Shown here: positions 63,693-64,000 of the stretch, one piece after another | Layout of the letters: each line of letters begins with the position of its first letter | Position numbering within the stretch: the first letter of the stretch is position 1 | Source: Paracoccaceae bacterium | GTDB lineage: Bacteria; Pseudomonadota; Alphaproteobacteria; Rhodobacterales; Rhodobacteraceae | Direction: 5' to 3' | NCBI GenBank assembly: GCA_013373325.1 | Contig: JABXIA010000057.1 | Span: 5,896-69,895, forward strand | Length of the DNA: 64,000 nucleotides | The notes under the pieces: model-generated | Database searches by the model: none | What the model was told of the DNA's origin: nothing | What the model saw: the letters and a program-made list of their open reading frames with translations, nothing else | Position numbers and translations under genes: made by a program

Positions 63693-64000
63693 ATGTACAA
63701 GCATATTCTGGTTCCGATTGCCCCGGATCACGGTGCCAATACGGCCCGGTCGCTGGAGGCTGCCCGCCTGCTGGCTGACAGCGATGCCAGGATCACCGCG
63801 CTGACCGTGGCAGATGAGATCCCCGGCTATGTGGTTCAGCAGCTGCCCAAGGGTCTGCTGGAAAACACCCTCGCCGAGATGCTGGCAGAGCTGAAGGCGG
63901 ATCTGGGCGGGGTGACGGACGTCGAGACGGACTTGGTCACCGGACATGCCGGGCGCACGATCACCGACTACGCGGACACGCATGGCGCCGACTGCATTGT
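63693..64000 (+). CDS. universal stress protein (5' part, runs off the window)
   Basis: An ATG follows an AGGAGGA RBS. MYKHILVPIAPDHG...GHAGRTITDYADTHGADCI is a typical UspA start. The frame is open to the window edge. Confidence 0.8.
   Translation, partial: MYKHILVPIAPDHGANTARSLEAARLLADSDARITALTVADEIPGYVVQQLPKGLLENTLAEMLAELKADLGGVTDVETDLVTGHAGRTITDYADTHGADCI

Overview
High-GC alphaproteobacterial DNA, probably Rhodobacterales (inference from composition and gene content). It comes from a repABC-type replicon, since repA, repB and repC lie at 51.9-55.5 kb on the minus strand. I support about 50 protein-coding genes. I found no rRNA, tRNA, CRISPR array, transposase or prophage signature. The window falls into these blocks: (1) 0.3-9.1 kb, an unusual signalling island: a Hanks Ser/Thr kinase with a periplasmic tail, two secreted LysM + solute-binding-protein fusions, an FHA protein, a PP2C phosphatase and a P-loop GTPase, with two small Roadblock-like proteins facing the operon's 3' end. 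(2) 9.7-23.2 kb, an IclR regulator, a TRAP transporter and an eight-gene beta-oxidation-like operon for an unknown organic acid. (3) 23.4-26.7 kb, a MocR regulator divergent from an orphan family-5 solute-binding protein. (4) 26.8-37.5 kb, nitrate assimilation (nasT, leader, nrtA, nrtB, fused nrtCD, nirBD, nasA). (5) 37.8-40.5 kb, exoD, rsgA and a VOC protein. (6) 40.6-45.4 kb, bkdA1A2B-lpd. (7) 45.7-51.7 kb, dld with a fused TRAP permease, dctP and a divergent FadR-type regulator. (8) 51.9-56.9 kb, a parS palindrome, repC, a candidate counter-transcribed RNA, repB, repA and a class II Fic protein. (9) 57.2-61.8 kb, a P-type ATPase, a VIT1 transporter and an M50/CBS protease, preceded by a 12-bp tandem repeat. 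(10) 61.8-64 kb, an FNT channel and divergent universal stress proteins sharing an FNR-like box. The most novel-looking system is block 1. All functional calls rest on motifs I could read in the translated ORFs, and no database search was run. Many starts were trimmed from the ORF track to the first Met that has an RBS and avoids overlap with the upstream gene.
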